From positions 3,968,001 through 4,032,000 of the forward strand of contig OZ220741.1 in assembly GCA_965116885.1 (NCBI GenBank): a stretch of DNA of 64,000 nucleotides. The letters are read 5' to 3'. The notes beneath the pieces are model-generated. The model ran no database searches, was not told the origin of the DNA, and was given only the letters and a program-made list of their open reading frames with translations. This stretch comes from Candidatus Latescibacterota bacterium (lineage in GTDB: Bacteria > Latescibacterota > UBA2968). The position numbers and the translations under genes are program-made. Shown here piece after piece: positions 47,832-56,724 of this stretch; position 1 is the first letter of the stretch; each line of letters starts with the position of its first letter.

Positions 47832-48509
47832 ATGATCAGTCAATCGTCCCAGGATTATTTGAAAACGATCTATAAGCTGACACACGGGCAGAATCCCGTC
47901 GATTCTGTGACGACGTCGCTGATTGCAGAGCACAGGGCTGTTGCACCCGCTTCGGTCACCAATATGCTGAAGAAACTCGCCGCGATGAAGCTGGTGGAAC
48001 ACACGCCTTATCAGGGCGTTGTACTTACATCGACGGGAAAACGCATTGCCCTTGAAGTCCTTCGCCACCACCGTTTGCTCGAGCTTTACCTGTCCGAAGT
48101 GCTGGGGTTTGATCTGGATAAGGTCGATGAAGAGGCGGATCGGCTGGAGCATGTGATTTCTGAGGAGTTTGAAGATAAAATTGATCGCATGCTGGGGTAT
48201 CCGACAGTCGATCCACACGGCGCGCCCATTCCGCGCAAAGATGGTTCGATAGAGTACGACCATTATCTGTGTTTGTCAGATATTTCAGCGGGAGAAAATG
48301 TACGCGTTCGGCAGGTGAGTGATCAAAGTGCGGAGATGTTGCGCTATATGGCGACTATGGGCATTAAACCGAATGTCGAGATAGAGGTGGTGAGCCGAGC
48401 GCCTTTTAACGGCCCGCTGGAAATTGTGGTCAATGGCGAGGCCACGTATTCGCTCGGCCTTGAAGTGGCTACACATATTTATGTTTCATCATTGGAGGAA
48501 GAGGGTTGA
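47832..48509 (+). CDS. DtxR/TroR/MntR regulator with C-terminal FeoA domain
   Basis: QDYLKTIY, SVTNMLKKL, RHHRLLELYL, EADRLEH, DPHGAPIP. Confidence 0.95.
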   Translation: MISQSSQDYLKTIYKLTHGQNPVDSVTTSLIAEHRAVAPASVTNMLKKLAAMKLVEHTPYQGVVLTSTGKRIALEVLRHHRLLELYLSEVLGFDLDKVDEEADRLEHVISEEFEDKIDRMLGYPTVDPHGAPIPRKDGSIEYDHYLCLSDISAGENVRVRQVSDQSAEMLRYMATMGIKPNVEIEVVSRAPFNGPLEIVVNGEATYSLGLEVATHIYVSSLEEEG

Positions 48510-48510
48510 G

Positions 48511-50127
48511 ATGGGTAGGGTTGTCCTTTTGTTGACGATCGTTCTGTTGTCGGGCGGATCTGTGCATGCACAAGTTCCGCCCATTTTTGCGCCCGGAACA
48601 GAACTGCACGATATCTATTGCCGCGCATGTGCCCATTTTTTTCCCGAGGTTCTGCCCGTTGGCAGCGAGTTTCGGCTGGATAGAGCTATTTGTGGGACGT
48701 CGGCAATAAGAGGTTTGACCGCGAATTGGGATCGTTTGCCTCCCGCTGCAAAGGAGGCATTTGCGTTTCTCCAGCAACGTCCCACCCTGAGTCATTCAAT
48801 TCTGTCTTCAGAGGGGCATTTCAAGATTCACTACAATACGACGGGGACGCACGCCGTTGATCCAATCGATACAGATGCCAATGGCGTGCCGGATTATGTC
48901 GATGAGGCCGCGCGGGTGTTTGAGTCGGTTTGGGATTTGGAGATCAATCATTTGGGATACAATCCCCCACCATCTGATGGCGATGGTGTTTACGATGTGT
49001 ATATCAAAAACCTCGCCATTCAGCAGGCTTATGGTTTTACATATCCGGTGACATTTACGGATTCGAGAACGTCGAGTTATATAGAGATTGACAATAATTT
49101 TAGGGAGAATATTTACCCCGTAAATTCACGCGGACTCAATGGTTTGCGCGTGACGGCTGCACACGAGTTTTTTCACGCGATTCAATTTGGGTATTATGCC
49201 GACTTTGGCGCTGCGTGGTGGCAGGAACTCACGGCGACCTGGATGGAGGATGTGGCTTATCCCGACGTGAATGATTTTTACCAGTATATGAGTTGCCCAA
49301 GCAATTTTTCGTGTATTTACGACGATCCCGAAGCCTCATTGGAAAAATTTTCTGGCAGTCTTCATCCTTTCGGTGCGTCGATATTTGCCCACCACATTGA
49401 GCAGGTTTACGGTGCGGATGTGATTAAAAGCGTTTGGGAGTTGCTCAGAAGACGCGATCCGAGTAGATATAGTTTGTCACTTATTGATGACGGGCTGCCT
49501 CTGGGCGGATTTGCACAGGTGATGCCGCGGTTTGCTGCGTGGAATTATTTGACGGATGTGCGTGCGCGTCCCGGATATTATGTTGAGGCGCGCGATTTGC
49601 CCTCAATCAAGCATGCCAATATATTTCTCGGTCCAGGTGGCTCTTTTGAAGGGATTGAAACAGTTGATCATTTGGGGACGACATATTTGCGCGTGGCAAC
49701 TCCGAATATATTTGGCGGGCTTCGAGGGGCGTTTTCACTGGATGATCAGGGGCAGTGGAAATTGCTGGTTATGCTGATCTCTTCGTCAGGCGTTGAACTA
49801 TTGCACCCACGAGGGACAACGGTGGTGATTCCAAGAGCCAATCGTTTTGACGAGGTGGTATTTATTGTGATGGAGACATCGCTTTCGGGGGAAAGACGAC
49901 GCTTGGATTACACGTTTTCAACTGGCGGAAGTATGGCGACGGATCTCGTATGCGATGTCGATGGCGATGGGCGCGTTGCATTTTCCGATTTTCTGCGTTT
50001 TGCAGATGGCTTTAAGCTTTTGCATACGGATAGTAAGTACGATCCAAAATTGGATTTCAATGGGGATGGACCTGTTGATTTTCGCGATTTTCTCATTTTT
50101 GTTTCCCATTTTGGCGAATCGCGTTAA
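48511..50127 (+). CDS. Secreted zincin metalloprotease with C-terminal dockerin/EF-hand-like pair
   Basis: Signal peptide; TAAHEFFHAIQ, W.QE.TATWME; DVDGDGRVAFSDF and DFNGDGPVDFRDF. Confidence 0.8.
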   Translation: MGRVVLLLTIVLLSGGSVHAQVPPIFAPGTELHDIYCRACAHFFPEVLPVGSEFRLDRAICGTSAIRGLTANWDRLPPAAKEAFAFLQQRPTLSHSILSSEGHFKIHYNTTGTHAVDPIDTDANGVPDYVDEAARVFESVWDLEINHLGYNPPPSDGDGVYDVYIKNLAIQQAYGFTYPVTFTDSRTSSYIEIDNNFRENIYPVNSRGLNGLRVTAAHEFFHAIQFGYYADFGAAWWQELTATWMEDVAYPDVNDFYQYMSCPSNFSCIYDDPEASLEKFSGSLHPFGASIFAHHIEQVYGADVIKSVWELLRRRDPSRYSLSLIDDGLPLGGFAQVMPRFAAWNYLTDVRARPGYYVEARDLPSIKHANIFLGPGGSFEGIETVDHLGTTYLRVATPNIFGGLRGAFSLDDQGQWKLLVMLISSSGVELLHPRGTTVVIPRANRFDEVVFIVMETSLSGERRRLDYTFSTGGSMATDLVCDVDGDGRVAFSDFLRFADGFKLLHTDSKYDPKLDFNGDGPVDFRDFLIFVSHFGESR

Positions 50128-50139
50128 GGGAGTGGCGCT

Positions 50140-50904
50140 GTGATTGTATTGCGAACAGATCGAGAACTGGATTTGATGGTTGAGGCAAACCGCATTGTGG
50201 GGCTGGTGCATCGCACACTGAAGCCGCTTGTCAAGGGGGGGACGACGACCAGAGAGCTGGATAGCGTGGCCGAAGATGTGATTCGGTCGCACGGTGCTGA
50301 ACCCGCATTTAAGGGCTATAAGGGGTATCCGGCAGCGAGTTGTATTTCAATTAACGAACAGGTCGTACACGGGATCCCCGGATCGCGGAAGTTGGTGGAT
50401 GGCGATATTGTCAGCATTGATGTCGGTGTGAAATTGCGCGGCTACTACGGCGATCAGGCGATTACGCGCGTTGTTGGAAGTATTTCGGAGCGAGAGAAAG
50501 AATTGCTCAAGGTGACGCGAGAGTCCCTGTTTAAGGGGATTGAGCAAGCGGTTGCTGGAAGACGCTTGAGCGATATTTGCGGGGCGGTACAAAACTGGGT
50601 CGAGCAATTTGGTTTTTCTGTTGTGCGGCAATTTGTGGGGCATGGCATTGGGCGCAGGTTGCACGAAGAACCCGCCGTGCCCAATTATGCACCCCCAGAG
50701 CGCAACCCGCGTTTGCGAAAGGGAATGGTGCTCGCCATTGAACCAATGGTCAATTTGGGAACGCCTGAGGTCGTGGTGGCAGATGACGGATGGACGGCGT
50801 CTGCTGCCGATGGGTTGCCTTCGGCGCATTTTGAGCATGTGGTGGCGATTACGCGTGGAGAACCCAGGATTTTGACGATGTTTGAGGAAGAGATCGATGC
50901 GTAA
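50140..50904 (+). CDS. map: Methionine aminopeptidase type I
   Basis: SINEQVVHGIP, DIVSIDVG, GHGIG..LHEEP, IEPM, SAHFEH. Confidence 0.97.
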   Translation: MIVLRTDRELDLMVEANRIVGLVHRTLKPLVKGGTTTRELDSVAEDVIRSHGAEPAFKGYKGYPAASCISINEQVVHGIPGSRKLVDGDIVSIDVGVKLRGYYGDQAITRVVGSISEREKELLKVTRESLFKGIEQAVAGRRLSDICGAVQNWVEQFGFSVVRQFVGHGIGRRLHEEPAVPNYAPPERNPRLRKGMVLAIEPMVNLGTPEVVVADDGWTASAADGLPSAHFEHVVAITRGEPRILTMFEEEIDA

Positions 50905-51379
50905 ATCTATTTTCTTATGCGTTCTTATGTGGTTAGTGTCTTGTAGTCAACACTATGAAGAAGGGGCGCATCCACCGCCAAAGCCTCCATCTGCTCAGAC
51001 GCCAGCAGCAGATAAAGTGGTATCACAGACAGGTGCCGTGGTTTCGGGGACGATTCGGTTGACCGATGGGCTGGACGAGCGCGTTGGGGGCAATGCCGTG
51101 CTATTTGTTATTGCGCGACCTGCCCCTGTTGGCGGACCACCGCTGGCCGTGAAGCGGCTCGACATTTCTGATTTCCCCCTTTCTTACACGCTGACGCAAG
51201 GGGATGCAATGATCGAAATTGATTGGTCTGAGATCGATGCGTTGTACGTTTCTGCAAAAATTGATGCAGACGGACGTGTGGGTGGTTCGACGGCAGGGGA
51301 TATGGAGGGGATTTATCCGCAAAATCCCGTTGCACCTGGAGCCGTAGATGTGGATATTTTGATCAATACGGTACATTGA
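50897..51379 (+). CDS. Lipoprotein resembling the C-terminal Ig-like domain of CcmI/CycH
   Basis: Lipobox LVSC; LFVIAR...GGPPLAVKRL...FPL...L...DAM, V.A.I..DG, GD.EG. Confidence 0.6.
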   Translation: MRKSIFLCVLMWLVSCSQHYEEGAHPPPKPPSAQTPAADKVVSQTGAVVSGTIRLTDGLDERVGGNAVLFVIARPAPVGGPPLAVKRLDISDFPLSYTLTQGDAMIEIDWSEIDALYVSAKIDADGRVGGSTAGDMEGIYPQNPVAPGAVDVDILINTVH

Positions 51380-51382
51380 GTT

Positions 51383-53104
51383 ATGAGCTATACGGTGATT
51401 CACGCGACACACGAAGCGGTTCGCAAGGCCGGTGGTATTGGGACGGTTCTCGATGGCTTGATGACCTCTTCTGTGTACCAGAAAGCTGTGCGGCGATCTT
51501 TTCTTGTCGGCCCGCTTTCGCGCTCAGAGGATGAAGATCTTCTTGCGGAAAGTGGAGAGATAATTTTTTCGACTATTTCCGGGGTGCAAAATGTGAATTG
51601 TGCCGGCGCTCTCAATCGCATAGCAGAGCGGTACAATGTCAATATCGTTTATGGGATACGCCAATTTACAGGCGGATATGAAGCCGATGTGTTGCTCGTT
51701 GATGCCGAAGATATCAACCCGCGAAAGTCCCGCAATTTTAAATACAATCTCTACCGGCATTTTGGCCTTACATCTGACCGATACGATGCGATTGCGGATT
51801 ACGCGCTGTATATCGACAGTGCAGAGGCTATTTACGACGCTGTTATCGCGCTGATAGGAGAGGCAGCCGGGCCGCATATTGTGCTGTCCCATGAGTATAT
51901 GGGCATGCCTATCGCACTTAAAACTATTATGGAAAATGATCCGCGCTTTTGGGCGATTTTTTACGCCCATGAAGTTTCAGCGATGCGCGAGATCACTGAG
52001 GGCAACCCGGGGCATGATGTGATGTTTTACAACGCGATGGCGCAGGCACTTGTGCAGGACGAAGTGGTTGAGGATGTATTTGGGGATCAGTCCGGTTATT
52101 ATCGGCACGCGTTGGTTCAATTGGCGTCGCACTGCAATGGTATTTTTGCCGTGGGTGATCCAACGTTTGATGAACTTCGGTTTATGGGGTTTGAGACGCA
52201 GGCGATAGATCTGGTTTACAACGGGGTTCCATCTGTGCAGATTTCTTATGCAGAGAAATTACAGTCTCGCACGCGCTTACGGGATTACGCGCAGAATTTG
52301 CTCGGATATAAGCCAGATGTGGTGGTGACTCATGTCACGCGCCCGGTGATTAGCAAAGGATTGTGGCGGGATTTACTCGTGTTGGCACATCTCGATAAGT
52401 TATTGGGGGATAAGGGACAGACAGGCGTGTTTTTTGTGCTCACAACGGCTGCAGAACAGCGCAGTTCGCAAGATGTCGAGGTTATGGAATCCGAATATGG
52501 CTGGCCGGTTCACCATGAGATAGGGGCTCCCGATCTGGTTTCAAATGAGGTGGATATCTGGCGGGATATGGAAATGTTTAACCGCGAGTCTGTTGCCATT
52601 CAAGCGATTTTGGTCAATCAGTTTGGATGGGATCGGGCAAGTTGCGGGCAACGCATGCCGCAGGATATGGCGTTTGTGGATTTGCGCCGGGGCACGGATA
52701 TCGAATTTGGACAATCGATTTACGAGCCGTTTGGCATTGCCGTGCTGGAACCGCTGACTTTTGGCGGGCTGTGCGTACCGAGTAGTGTGTGCGGGTGTTG
52801 CGGATTTTTGGATCGCGTAACACAAGAAAAACCGAATTCTCTCGTCGTCGTGGCCGATTATACGACGGATGTAGCATTGGAGAGTGCCGCGTCTGCCCGT
52901 GTGATAGGCGAGTATGAACGCCGCATTCAAGAGGATAAAGTGGCAGAAAAAGTCGCGTGGGATATCGCAAATGCGTTGCCATCATCGGATAGAGAACGCG
53001 AGGCGCGATTGCATTCGGGGTACAGGTTGGCCGCACAAATGAGCTGGGATCGCGTGTGCGAAGCATTTTTTTTCCCCGGTATAGAACGCGCGATTTCTCG
53101 TTGA
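51383..53104 (+). CDS. GT-B glycosyltransferase resembling GT3 (eukaryote-type) glycogen synthase
   Basis: HEAVRKAGGIGTV (KxGG), SHEYM, VYNG, SIYEPFG..VLE. Confidence 0.65.
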   Translation: MSYTVIHATHEAVRKAGGIGTVLDGLMTSSVYQKAVRRSFLVGPLSRSEDEDLLAESGEIIFSTISGVQNVNCAGALNRIAERYNVNIVYGIRQFTGGYEADVLLVDAEDINPRKSRNFKYNLYRHFGLTSDRYDAIADYALYIDSAEAIYDAVIALIGEAAGPHIVLSHEYMGMPIALKTIMENDPRFWAIFYAHEVSAMREITEGNPGHDVMFYNAMAQALVQDEVVEDVFGDQSGYYRHALVQLASHCNGIFAVGDPTFDELRFMGFETQAIDLVYNGVPSVQISYAEKLQSRTRLRDYAQNLLGYKPDVVVTHVTRPVISKGLWRDLLVLAHLDKLLGDKGQTGVFFVLTTAAEQRSSQDVEVMESEYGWPVHHEIGAPDLVSNEVDIWRDMEMFNRESVAIQAILVNQFGWDRASCGQRMPQDMAFVDLRRGTDIEFGQSIYEPFGIAVLEPLTFGGLCVPSSVCGCCGFLDRVTQEKPNSLVVVADYTTDVALESAASARVIGEYERRIQEDKVAEKVAWDIANALPSSDREREARLHSGYRLAAQMSWDRVCEAFFFPGIERAISR

Positions 53105-53163
53105 CCACAACGAAACGTTTGATGGTTTGAAGCGTGTAAAGAGCTGACTACTATTTTATCCAT

Positions 53164-54351
53164 ATGAGAAATAATATGATGAGAAAACGATTTTTACTGA
53201 TTTTTTTCCTTGTGACATGTCTCGCCGGTTGCAATACCGAAAAGCGCAACCCGTTGGGCGAGGGCTTTGTTGGACGCGATCCCGGCGATACGGTCGTATT
53301 GCCCGCTGTTCCGCTAACGTCGGCGCGGTCCTTTCATTCCCTAATTTTTCCCACTGTGATGGGGGAACAAGAGGAATTGCTGGTCGGGCAGATGAATGGA
53401 TTTTTGCTGCGGAGTCTGTTGCGTTTTAATGTGCCAGATGAGTTTTATGGCGGTGTGCCACCGGGGTTGACGATTGATTCCCTGCGCGTCAATCTGGGTA
53501 TTCGGTCGGCGCGATTGGTCGAAAATGCGTCGCTGATTGTATTGCGGCCCGATTCGCCGTGGGAAGAACTTCAAACCTATGTCGATACGCTCTCGCTGGT
53601 CGAGACCGAGGTGCTTGCGACGCCAATCCCCGATGCTGTGGCGCAGGTGTTTGCAGATCGCGTTCGAATCGATTTGCCAGTGTCGCTCTTGAAGGATGCG
53701 ATAGAATCAAGTTCTCTATCTATGGAAATTTTGTTGCAACCCGATGGAGAGGCACCTTTTTTATTAGATATTTTTGCACGCGAAGCTAATATTATTCGTG
53801 CAGATGCGCCGATTCCAGAATTGGAGGCGGTGTATCGGGTGGGAGATGTGACAGAGCGCGTAGCTGTTCAGACCGATGCAGATACCTATTGGAGTGCGCG
53901 GACCAATGGTGGTCCGCCAGAAAATCTGGTAATTCTGTCCGAGGGTTTGTTTTACGGCAGTGTCCTGAATTTCGATCTGCCCAATATTCCGCAAGGTGCG
54001 ACGATCAATTCGGCTAAATTGCAATTGGATATCGATCTGGACCGTTCCTATTTTTCATCTTTTCCCTTTGAAGTATATGGCCTGACAATTGCAGAAGGAG
54101 ATACCTCATTTACGCGGTATAATGAGCGGTTGCTTATCGAACCTACGACAACGACTTACACAATTAATCATACTTTGATTCAGGCCTGGATATCTGGTGC
54201 GCGATTAAATCAGGGGTTGGCACTTTCGCCTCTCAATTTTACTTCTTCAACGGGTTTACCCGCGCTCTTAAATTCGCCCCCGCTCATCCGATGGCTTGTG
54301 TTAAAAGATGTGCGTTTGAACCTTATTTACTCTCTTCCTCCGGAATTGTAA
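53164..54351 (+). CDS. Lipoprotein of unknown function (DUF4270-like by resemblance)
   Basis: Lipobox LAGC; LLVG..., SLLRF, IDS..V.L, IP.GATINSAKL.L, NQGL.L; start may be 53176 or 53179. Confidence 0.55.
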   Translation: MRNNMMRKRFLLIFFLVTCLAGCNTEKRNPLGEGFVGRDPGDTVVLPAVPLTSARSFHSLIFPTVMGEQEELLVGQMNGFLLRSLLRFNVPDEFYGGVPPGLTIDSLRVNLGIRSARLVENASLIVLRPDSPWEELQTYVDTLSLVETEVLATPIPDAVAQVFADRVRIDLPVSLLKDAIESSSLSMEILLQPDGEAPFLLDIFAREANIIRADAPIPELEAVYRVGDVTERVAVQTDADTYWSARTNGGPPENLVILSEGLFYGSVLNFDLPNIPQGATINSAKLQLDIDLDRSYFSSFPFEVYGLTIAEGDTSFTRYNERLLIEPTTTTYTINHTLIQAWISGARLNQGLALSPLNFTSSTGLPALLNSPPLIRWLVLKDVRLNLIYSLPPEL

Positions 54352-54352
54352 T

Positions 54353-55516
54353 ATGATGCGAATAATTCTCGCTTTGGGTTTTATTTTTGCGCTGGTGCTG
54401 CCGGCTTGCGCCAATACAATTTTTTCTTTTTACGGTGTTGGCGATCCCGTCAGACGCGTCGATGCGCGGTCTCGAAGTATGGGGGGCGGTGGTCGGTCGC
54501 TGGCCGATGGGCTAAATTTTTCATCCCACAATCCCGCATTGTTGGGGGCTTTCCGCAGGGCGTCCGTGAGTCTGCAATTTATGGCTCAGCACCGATTTTT
54601 GAATGGCGAAAGCATCGTAAACGACGGGGATATTGGGGCTTTTCAGATCGCGCTACCTATGAGACGTGGTCCTGTTTTGGGTGTGGGACTTGAACCGCTC
54701 ACTGATATGGATTTCGGAGCAATAGAAGATCGCGGCACGGGTGATTTGAAGTATCAACTGGAGGTGGAAGCGACTGGGGGTATCCAAGCAATTTCTCTGG
54801 GGCTGGGGCATCGGATCGGGCGCAGAATTTTTGTGGGAGGGCGTATAAATTGGGTAGCTATGGGAACATTTAACGAGTCCTGGATCAAAAATTTCGACAA
54901 TGAGACGGTCTTCTTTTCCCACGACAAAATTACGCGTACCCACCGCGGATGGCTGCCATCATTTGGTATTATCTATACTCCCACTTCGCAGTGGAGCCTG
55001 GGCGCGAATGTCGATATTGGAGGCCGTATCAAGCAGCGTCAGTTTCAAAGAAATCGTTTTGTGGAACAGCGCGAAGCTATTGAGGTTGAGACGGAAAGCG
55101 ATGTGGAATTTCCCCGAGAATTTGGGGTAGGGATAACGTATCTGGCTGGCTATCGTTGGTTGGCGTCGGTCGATGTTTCTCGAGGGCTGTGGCACGCGAC
55201 AGGAGATGGGCGGTTTGATACGTGGGATGTGAGTGCTGGGATGTTGTGGCGCACGGGAAGTCCCGATGTGCTGGTGCGGAGCCGGCGCTTTGAACTCGGC
55301 GCGGGTTTTCATTATCGGTCACTTTATTTTCCAACGGCCTCGAATAGTCAGATTGACGAATTGGGCGCCAGCTTTGGTGTGGCGTTACCATTTGTAAATA
55401 ATAGCGGTCATTTTCGCTATGTACTCGAGGTGGGAAGGCGCGGTGATCGGTCAAAACACGGTGCGTCAGAACGGTTTATTCAGCACTCTTTTTCCGTGGT
55501 AGGTTTTGTAAGATAG
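54353..55516 (+). CDS. Outer-membrane beta-barrel protein (FadL/OmpP1-like)
   Basis: Signal peptide, S.YG.GD...ARS.SMGG, NPA.L, alternating amphipathic strands. Confidence 0.7.
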   Translation: MMRIILALGFIFALVLPACANTIFSFYGVGDPVRRVDARSRSMGGGGRSLADGLNFSSHNPALLGAFRRASVSLQFMAQHRFLNGESIVNDGDIGAFQIALPMRRGPVLGVGLEPLTDMDFGAIEDRGTGDLKYQLEVEATGGIQAISLGLGHRIGRRIFVGGRINWVAMGTFNESWIKNFDNETVFFSHDKITRTHRGWLPSFGIIYTPTSQWSLGANVDIGGRIKQRQFQRNRFVEQREAIEVETESDVEFPREFGVGITYLAGYRWLASVDVSRGLWHATGDGRFDTWDVSAGMLWRTGSPDVLVRSRRFELGAGFHYRSLYFPTASNSQIDELGASFGVALPFVNNSGHFRYVLEVGRRGDRSKHGASERFIQHSFSVVGFVR

Positions 55517-55532
55517 TTTGCGGCTGGACAGT

Positions 55533-56714
55533 TCAAACGGCCTGTGTTCGGCGCGCAAGCGCGCGGATGCGGCCGTTTTTGATTTTTTGAGCGATTTGAT
55601 TGACTAAAAGATACAGAAGGTGCAGACCAATCCCCGTACAAATAAAGTACAGGGGTGCGGTTTCGTGGTCAATGGATTCAAAGCAGACGATTGCAAGGAG
55701 GCCCTGTGACAATAGTGGAAGCCAGGCTTGAACGGGTTGTGACGTGAGGCGACTGCATAGCAGACCGCCGGCAATCTTGCCCAGAACCAAGGCTGCAATC
55801 AGGGGGAAAAAATGAGAAGGCGCAGAAGGCATTTGCCAGTCTAAAATAAGGCCACTAACATAGTGTGCGAGGGCAAAAGCTATCAGTGCTTCCGCTTTGG
55901 GTGGGCGGATATTAGGTCTCAGTCCGAGTTTGGTGCGCAAAGATAATGCAAGCCCCACAGCCCAAGATAAAATAAGAGGCTGAATCCAAACGTGCCACGA
56001 AGCAAGTGCGATCAGGAATGACAGGGCAAACCAACTCGTAAACTGGCCTGTAGGGGTGTGGATATGTCGCAGCCAGCGATGCACGAGTTCAATGCCAATA
56101 ACTCCGATCAAAACGGCCATTACTATATTTGCGGCCAGATTCAGAAAGGAATCGAACCCGTCGTTCAGGATGAATTCTACGCCAAAAATAAGTCCTGTTA
56201 AAAAAAGCGAACAGAGACCGATTGCCGTAACGTATAAAGAAAAAGGCCAGGTGTCTCTCAGGTTGTGTTCTGCGCGGTCTAAGAATATGGGGGCCGGGAT
56301 ACCCGATAGGATGGCGAGTTGCAAGGTAGTGACCAGGTGAAGATCGAAGAAGATGAGCACGAAGAAGGTCGTAAGAACGGGTGCAGCATAGAGATAAAGA
56401 CTGCCCGTAAGCAAACGCTGATTAGTGAAAATAGAGCGGGAGAGCGATGTGCCCAAATAAAGGCCGACCCAGGCCATTGCGATATCTGCAAAGGGTTTTA
56501 TGCTTTGATGGCTGTCAGCGGTTGTAATTGGTGCGAAGCCAATGGCGAGACCCGCTGCAATTATGCCCAGGACATCTGGCAATTTGGCACGCTGAGCCAG
56601 TCGCGCACCTACGATAGAGGCCGTCAGGAGGAAGCCGACCCAGACCATTTCGGGAGGTGATTGAAGTAGCCAGATCAGGATACCGATACCAAGTGTAATA
56701 CACAGAAGGCGCAT
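55533..56714 (-). CDS. Divergent cation:proton antiporter-like membrane protein
   Basis: About 12 TM; KLP.V.G.I.AG..IG, GKIAGG, LLSQG. Confidence 0.6.
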   Translation of the reverse strand: MRLLCITLGIGILIWLLQSPPEMVWVGFLLTASIVGARLAQRAKLPDVLGIIAAGLAIGFAPITTADSHQSIKPFADIAMAWVGLYLGTSLSRSIFTNQRLLTGSLYLYAAPVLTTFFVLIFFDLHLVTTLQLAILSGIPAPIFLDRAEHNLRDTWPFSLYVTAIGLCSLFLTGLIFGVEFILNDGFDSFLNLAANIVMAVLIGVIGIELVHRWLRHIHTPTGQFTSWFALSFLIALASWHVWIQPLILSWAVGLALSLRTKLGLRPNIRPPKAEALIAFALAHYVSGLILDWQMPSAPSHFFPLIAALVLGKIAGGLLCSRLTSQPVQAWLPLLSQGLLAIVCFESIDHETAPLYFICTGIGLHLLYLLVNQIAQKIKNGRIRALARRTQAV

Positions 56715-56724
56715 GGGAATCGTC

